Assembly (NCBI GenBank): GCA_963665235.2
Contig: CAXXLX010000001.1
Coordinates: 3,264,001 to 3,328,000, forward strand
Direction: 5' to 3'
Length of the DNA: 64,000 nucleotides
DNA from: Candidatus Poribacteria bacterium
GTDB lineage: Bacteria > Poribacteria > WGA-4E > WGA-3G
Shown here: positions 59,210-64,000 of the stretch, piece by piece
Layout: every line of letters starts with the position of its first letter
How positions within the stretch are numbered: the stretch's first letter is position 1
Notes under the pieces: generated by a model
Told to the model about the DNA's origin: nothing
What the model saw: only the letters and a program-made list of their open reading frames with translations
The model's database searches: none
Translations under genes and position numbers: made by a program

Positions 59210-61009
59210 ATGCACAATCGCCAAGAGGCACAACTTAACCTAGACAAAACACCGTCTTTAAGGGACAGAATCGCACGAAAATATGAGCTCACCCCAACAA
59301 TTTCGCTCATCCTCGGCGTGACGACGCTATTTTTCGCACTGTTTCTGATATACCCGCTTCTCTATGTCTTCAAAGAGGCATTTTGGATTGAAAACAAATT
59401 TAATATAGCCTATTTCAAACTGATGATAACCGACCCGAACATCCGGGGATTGATTATCAATAGCCTCACGCTTGGTCTGACAGTCACACTAATGACCAGT
59501 GTCGTCAGCCTCCCGCTCGCCTATTTTCTAACCCGTTATCGGTACCCAGGCCGGAATATGTTGCGTGCGCTCATCCTAATTCCGATGATAATGCCACCCT
59601 TCGTCGGTGCAATCGGCATGCAAGAGTTTTTCGGAAAATACGGCAGTATTAACATGTTTCTCATCAAACTCAAACTGATGGACATCGCTAACCCTATCGA
59701 CTGGTTTGCCGGCGGTTTTTGGGGAGTTGTCCTGCTGTCAACTTTGCATCTGTATCCAATTATGTACTTAAACATCGTTGCAGCGTTAGCAAATGTTGAC
59801 CCGAGCCTAGAGGAAGCCGCAGAAAACCTCGGCGCATCACGGTTTCAAATATTCCGAAAGATTACGTTACCCCTAATGATGCCCGGCTACTTCGCCGGTG
59901 CGATTCTCGTCTTTATCTGGGCTTTCACCGACCTGGGGACACCGCTTATCTTTGAATACAACGAGGTAATCGCTGTTAGAATTTTCCGACAAGTGACAGA
60001 AGCAAGTCAAAATCCGATGGGATATGCTCTCGTCGTACTCATCATTGTCCTAACAGCAATAGCATTTTATGCCTCAAAGCGATGGACCGGCAGTAAACAC
60101 TACGAGATGCTCGGACGCGGACACGTTACCACACGGGAACAGGATACCAACTGGCGCATGCGTAGCCTCATCTATCTGTTCATCGGCGGCTTGACGTTTA
60201 TAGCACTGCTACCGCATATCAGTGTTATCCTCGTCTCCTTAACACCGGACGCAGGGCAGTGGAACATGTCCATCTTTCCGAAATCGCTCACCTTTTCGCA
60301 CTATGTCGAGACGTTCACACATTCCGATACGTTACCGAGCATTCTCAACAGTTTGAAATACAGCATTTTCAGTACACTGCTTGCGCTCCTCGTCGGTGTC
60401 GTAATTGCGTATCTCTTGACGCGTAAACGGCTTCCGTTCCAAAACCTATTAGATGCGGTAGCCATGCTGCCGTTAGCACTGCCCGGGGTTGCAATTGCGT
60501 TCGGATACATGGGCAGCTTTGCGGATACGACACTACTCCTGCGGCATCTGCCAGAAGAAGTGGTCAACTACATCGATCCGAGGAAAAACCCGACTTTCCT
60601 TCTGATTACCGGTTATGCGGTGCGGCGATTACCCTATATGTTACGTTCAATCTACGCCGGTTTCCAGCAAACGAGCGTGACCTACGAAGAGGCATCCCAA
60701 AACATGGGAGCCACCCCGATGCGAACTTTGTATAAAATTACATTACCCCTTGTCATTGCAAACATCCTCGCCGGTGCGATTCTGGTCTTCTCCTTCTCCA
60801 TGCTTGAGGTAAGTGAGAGTCTGATTTTAGCGACACAAAACGAGCATTATCCGATTACAAAAGCGATTTGGTCGCTCTCGCAGCGGCTCGGTGAGGGGGC
60901 ATATATTGCAAGTGCGCTGGGGGTTGTAGGCATGCTAATCTTAATCGCGTGTCTATTAGGTGCATCGCGTGTACTTGGTGGAAAGTTAGGGGAGCTCTTC
61001 CGTATTTAG
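59210..61009 (+). CDS. Fe3+/thiamine-type ABC transporter permease (FbpB-like)
   Basis: Two permease halves with LEEAAENLGAS and YEEASQNMGAT. Confidence 0.9.
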   Translation: MHNRQEAQLNLDKTPSLRDRIARKYELTPTISLILGVTTLFFALFLIYPLLYVFKEAFWIENKFNIAYFKLMITDPNIRGLIINSLTLGLTVTLMTSVVSLPLAYFLTRYRYPGRNMLRALILIPMIMPPFVGAIGMQEFFGKYGSINMFLIKLKLMDIANPIDWFAGGFWGVVLLSTLHLYPIMYLNIVAALANVDPSLEEAAENLGASRFQIFRKITLPLMMPGYFAGAILVFIWAFTDLGTPLIFEYNEVIAVRIFRQVTEASQNPMGYALVVLIIVLTAIAFYASKRWTGSKHYEMLGRGHVTTREQDTNWRMRSLIYLFIGGLTFIALLPHISVILVSLTPDAGQWNMSIFPKSLTFSHYVETFTHSDTLPSILNSLKYSIFSTLLALLVGVVIAYLLTRKRLPFQNLLDAVAMLPLALPGVAIAFGYMGSFADTTLLLRHLPEEVVNYIDPRKNPTFLLITGYAVRRLPYMLRSIYAGFQQTSVTYEEASQNMGATPMRTLYKITLPLVIANILAGAILVFSFSMLEVSESLILATQNEHYPITKAIWSLSQRLGEGAYIASALGVVGMLILIACLLGASRVLGGKLGELFRI

Positions 61010-61060
61010 CAATTGCGTAGTGTTTGGCTGGCGTTCGGCGGGGCGGCATTGCTTGTCGCA

Positions 61061-62032
61061 TCAGGGCTGCCCATATATCTCAGCAATAATAGCGTTCGTC
61101 TTCAAACCGGACTCTCCCGAACACCGAATCGGTTCACCTGTCTTGATATGATTGACGAAATCCATGATGAGACCTGTGTGCGTATGCGGTAACGGCGTTT
61201 GATTCAGCTCTATCTGTCCCTCAGATTTTGTTTGAAGTGTCAGGTTACTAGAATTTAGCGGCGAACACCGCAAACACCCCTCCGTGCCGTATACCTCTAC
61301 ATCGTCAATTGAGATGCCGACATTCCAATTGATATTAGCGATAGCGTGTGCTCCAGTTTCAAAGCGGAGCGTGAAAACAGCCGAATCATCGACCGGTGTG
61401 TCCAAATGAACCGTCTCCGCGTAGCCACTGACCGAGACGATGTCCCCCATCAGATATTCAAGCAAACTAATGCGGTGGCTCCCGATATCCATCAGCACCC
61501 CGCCTCCGCTAATCTCTGGGTTAATCCGCCAATTCTTCAAATCCTGCCGAGTGGGATTATAGAAACCTGTGCAGTTGATACGTGCAAGCACCGGGTCACC
61601 GATTCCACCTTCCTCCATGACCTGTTTCATTTTTACCACATTCGGGTAAAAGTTTCGGTAATAGGCGAGCATCAAGGTTACACCTGCTTCGTGACAAGCA
61701 TCCACCATGCGTTGACATTCCTCAACCGTCATCGCCATCGGTTTTTCGCAGAGGACATGCTTCCCCGCCTGTGCTGCCCGGAGCGTCTGTTCACAGTGTA
61801 GATATGGCGGGGTGGCGATGTAGATTGCATTGAGTTCATCGTCATTGAGAAGTGCATCTATATCGGTATAGCTGCGTTTTGCGCCATGTCTTTCGGCGAA
61901 ATCTTCCGCTTTGGCACGGTCTCGCCGCATCACAGCAATCAGTTCCGAATCCGCAACGGTATAGAGCGGGGGGCCGCCCTTATGTTCCGCGACATTTCCG
62001 CAGCCGAGTATCCCCCATCTGAGTAGTGCCAT
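61061..62032 (-). CDS. Gfo/Idh/MocA oxidoreductase
   Basis: WGILGCG, YIATPP, HVLCEKPM, GGGVLMDIGSH. Confidence 0.92.
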   Translation of the reverse strand: MALLRWGILGCGNVAEHKGGPPLYTVADSELIAVMRRDRAKAEDFAERHGAKRSYTDIDALLNDDELNAIYIATPPYLHCEQTLRAAQAGKHVLCEKPMAMTVEECQRMVDACHEAGVTLMLAYYRNFYPNVVKMKQVMEEGGIGDPVLARINCTGFYNPTRQDLKNWRINPEISGGGVLMDIGSHRISLLEYLMGDIVSVSGYAETVHLDTPVDDSAVFTLRFETGAHAIANINWNVGISIDDVEVYGTEGCLRCSPLNSSNLTLQTKSEGQIELNQTPLPHTHTGLIMDFVNHIKTGEPIRCSGESGLKTNAIIAEIYGQP

Positions 62033-62048
62033 GTGATGTATTCCTTTC

Positions 62049-62828
62049 TCACTTCGATTCGGTCTGTTCCGTTTCCGCTTGTTCTAGCGGTGCTTCGTCT
62101 TCAGCTGCCTTTTTCAGTTTAGTCTGTTCTGCCTCCAACTCCTCTAAAACTTTGTGTGCAGAAAGACAGAGCGGGTCTGCCAAGAGGGCTTCGGTGATAG
62201 CGTTCTCCGCCGCTTCCAAATTTCCCTGCTGTAGATAAACGAGCGCAATTACCGCATGGACAAGAGAGGTTTTCGACTCCCGTTCCAGCGATTTATGAAA
62301 ATGCTCAAGTGCCAGTTCGTACTCTCCCATCAAAGCCCGCGTGTGTCCGATGTAGAAGTCAAAGTCTACTTCGTCTTTATCATATTCATTTGCCAGCTCA
62401 TGGGCAGTATTAAAATGCTCAATGGCGGTGTCGAACATCTGTAGCCCGACATAAGACCGCCCAAGGACATAGTGAACTTTTACCAAATCCTTGTTAAATT
62501 TTAGAGCGGCAATGGCGATATCTTTTGCATCCTCGTACCTCTCGATCTCTACATAAGAGTTGCCGAGCCTATAGTAAAGCGTAGGATTCTCCGGCTCCAA
62601 GGCGAGTGCTTTTTCGAAACAGGTAACCGCCTCCTTGTGGTTTTTCATCAGTGCATAAGAAGCACCAAGGTTGCTATGCGCGTCAGCATTATAGGGCTCA
62701 ATAGCGATAGCTTTCTGTAAGACTTTTACAGCTTTTTTGTACTTGCCGAATCTATTGTACCAAATGCCGCGCTTTAAATGCGAATTTCTGATCCGAGTTT
62801 GAGTTTTTCCAATGTCTTCTTGTACCAT
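62049..62828 (-). CDS. tetratricopeptide repeat protein
   Basis: Repeated A..NLG..Y...A...F.KAL.L.P helices. Confidence 0.88.
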   Translation of the reverse strand: MVQEDIGKTQTRIRNSHLKRGIWYNRFGKYKKAVKVLQKAIAIEPYNADAHSNLGASYALMKNHKEAVTCFEKALALEPENPTLYYRLGNSYVEIERYEDAKDIAIAALKFNKDLVKVHYVLGRSYVGLQMFDTAIEHFNTAHELANEYDKDEVDFDFYIGHTRALMGEYELALEHFHKSLERESKTSLVHAVIALVYLQQGNLEAAENAITEALLADPLCLSAHKVLEELEAEQTKLKKAAEDEAPLEQAETEQTESK

Positions 62829-62962
62829 TCCTCTCTCCAATTTAAACGTTTTAGGATATCCGCTCCTTTTCAGGATGATGCTTTTTTAGTATATCACAAA
62901 ATCTTGGAAGTGTCAACTTGAAAATCAAAAATGGGTGTGTAAAGTTTTTGTACAAAACCGGT

Positions 62963-63000
62963 GTAAATGTTACACTTTTGACACAAAGTGTAACATTTAC
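62963..63000. repeat. 16-bp perfect inverted repeat
   Basis: gtaaatgttacacttt-tgacac-aaagtgtaacatttac. Confidence 0.6.
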
Positions 63001-63229
63001 TTCTCAGTGCTGCAGTCGCACAAACTCACGCCCCGTCTATATTTAGAAGCATTTTCGACCCGTCTTTTTCACAACACATAAAAAATGAGTTGTGACATTT
63101 CGACCGCCGATTTTCGTTTATCAGTTCTGCCTACTTTTCTTATCGTTCTGCCTCCTACTTTTTGAGACCGTTCCGATTTATCGGATTTCTCGGATTTTAA
63201 GCAATAGAAGGTTTGTGATTATGAGCTAG

Positions 63230-63667
63230 GGTGTTGTGTTTTCTATAAATATACCGCCCCGCTGGGGCTAGCTTGTGTTGTGTTGTTGTGTTTTCTATAA
63301 ATATACCGCCCCGCTGGGGCTAGCTTGTGTTGTGTTGTTGTGTTTTCTATAAATATACCGCCCCGCTGGGGCTAGCTTGTGTTGTGTTGTTGTGTTTTCT
63401 ATAAATATACCGCCCCGCTGGGGCTAGCTTGTGTTGTGTTGTTGTGTTTTCTATAAATATACCGCCCCGCTGGGGCTAGCTTGTGTTGTGTTGTTGTGTT
63501 TTCTATAAATATACCGCCCCGCTGGGGCTAGCTTGTGTTGTGCCCTTGTGTTTTCTATAAATATACCGCCCCGCTGGGGCTAGCTTGTCTGGCCCTCGCG
63601 CTTCTATAAACATACCGCCCCGCTGGGGCTAGATTGTCTGGCGTTCACATTAAACATGTCGCCCCGA
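63230..63667 (-). repeat. tandem array A: 52-bp REP-like unit, 8 copies plus a degenerate one
   Basis: ttctataaatataccgccccgctggggcta at 63241, 63293, 63345, 63397, 63449, 63501, 63553 and 63602. Confidence 0.92.
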
Positions 63668-63669
63668 TA

Positions 63670-64000
63670 CCCCTAGTCCCGTAGGGACGATATATTTATA
63701 GAAGCAGATGTTTCGACAACCCCTAGTCCCGTAGGGACGATATATTTATAGAAGTAGATGTTTCGACAACCCCTAGTCCCGTAGGGACGATATATTTATA
63801 GAAGTAGATGTTTCGACAACCCCTAGTCCCGTAGGGACGATATATTTATAGAAGCAGATGTTTCGACAACCCCTAGTCCCGTAGGGACGATATATTTATA
63901 GAAGCAGATGTTTCGACAACCCCTAGTCCCGTAGGGACGATATATTTATAGAAGCAGATGTTTCGACAACCCCTAGTCCCGTAGGGACGATATATTTATA
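63670..64000 (+). repeat. tandem array B: 50-bp REP-like unit, at least 7 copies, inverted relative to A
   Basis: ccctagtcccgtagggacgatatatttatagaag(c/t)agatgtttcgacaac every 50 bp from 63671. Confidence 0.92.

Noticed and set aside
63230-64000. CRISPR array
   Set aside because: Sequences between the hairpins are identical or nearly so rather than unique spacers; no cas genes in the window

Overview
Bacterial genomic window (roughly 45-50% GC by eye), most consistent with Candidatus Poribacteria. This is an inference from the LamG and beta-propeller proteins ending in a KLxxxWGxLK-type motif and from the WD40, PhyH, Gfo/Idh/MocA, sulfatase, Uma2 and Rpn genes. Content is mostly housekeeping (thrC, recD2, mutY, tRNA-Asn, M32 carboxypeptidase), sugar/sugar-acid catabolism and many secreted proteins. 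Main findings: (1) a hidden lipoprotein selenoprotein (in-frame UGA giving UxxC, followed by a SECIS-like hairpin) in a five-gene exported redox-type operon with a Tat-exported DUF362 protein and a small CAGGAC-tailed lipoprotein; (2) two copies of a 151-153 bp MITE with TIRs and different 4-bp target duplications; (3) several REP-like hairpin families amplified into tandem arrays, including a 65-bp array encoding three translationally coupled 22-aa peptides and two inverted arrays at the window end; (4) a C-terminal motif shared by five unrelated or paralogous secreted proteins; (5) an Rpn gene with a strong internal start (RpnS-like); (6) HNH, integrase-like and HigA-like remnants and a frameshifted mocA-like gene. 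No CRISPR array was found.
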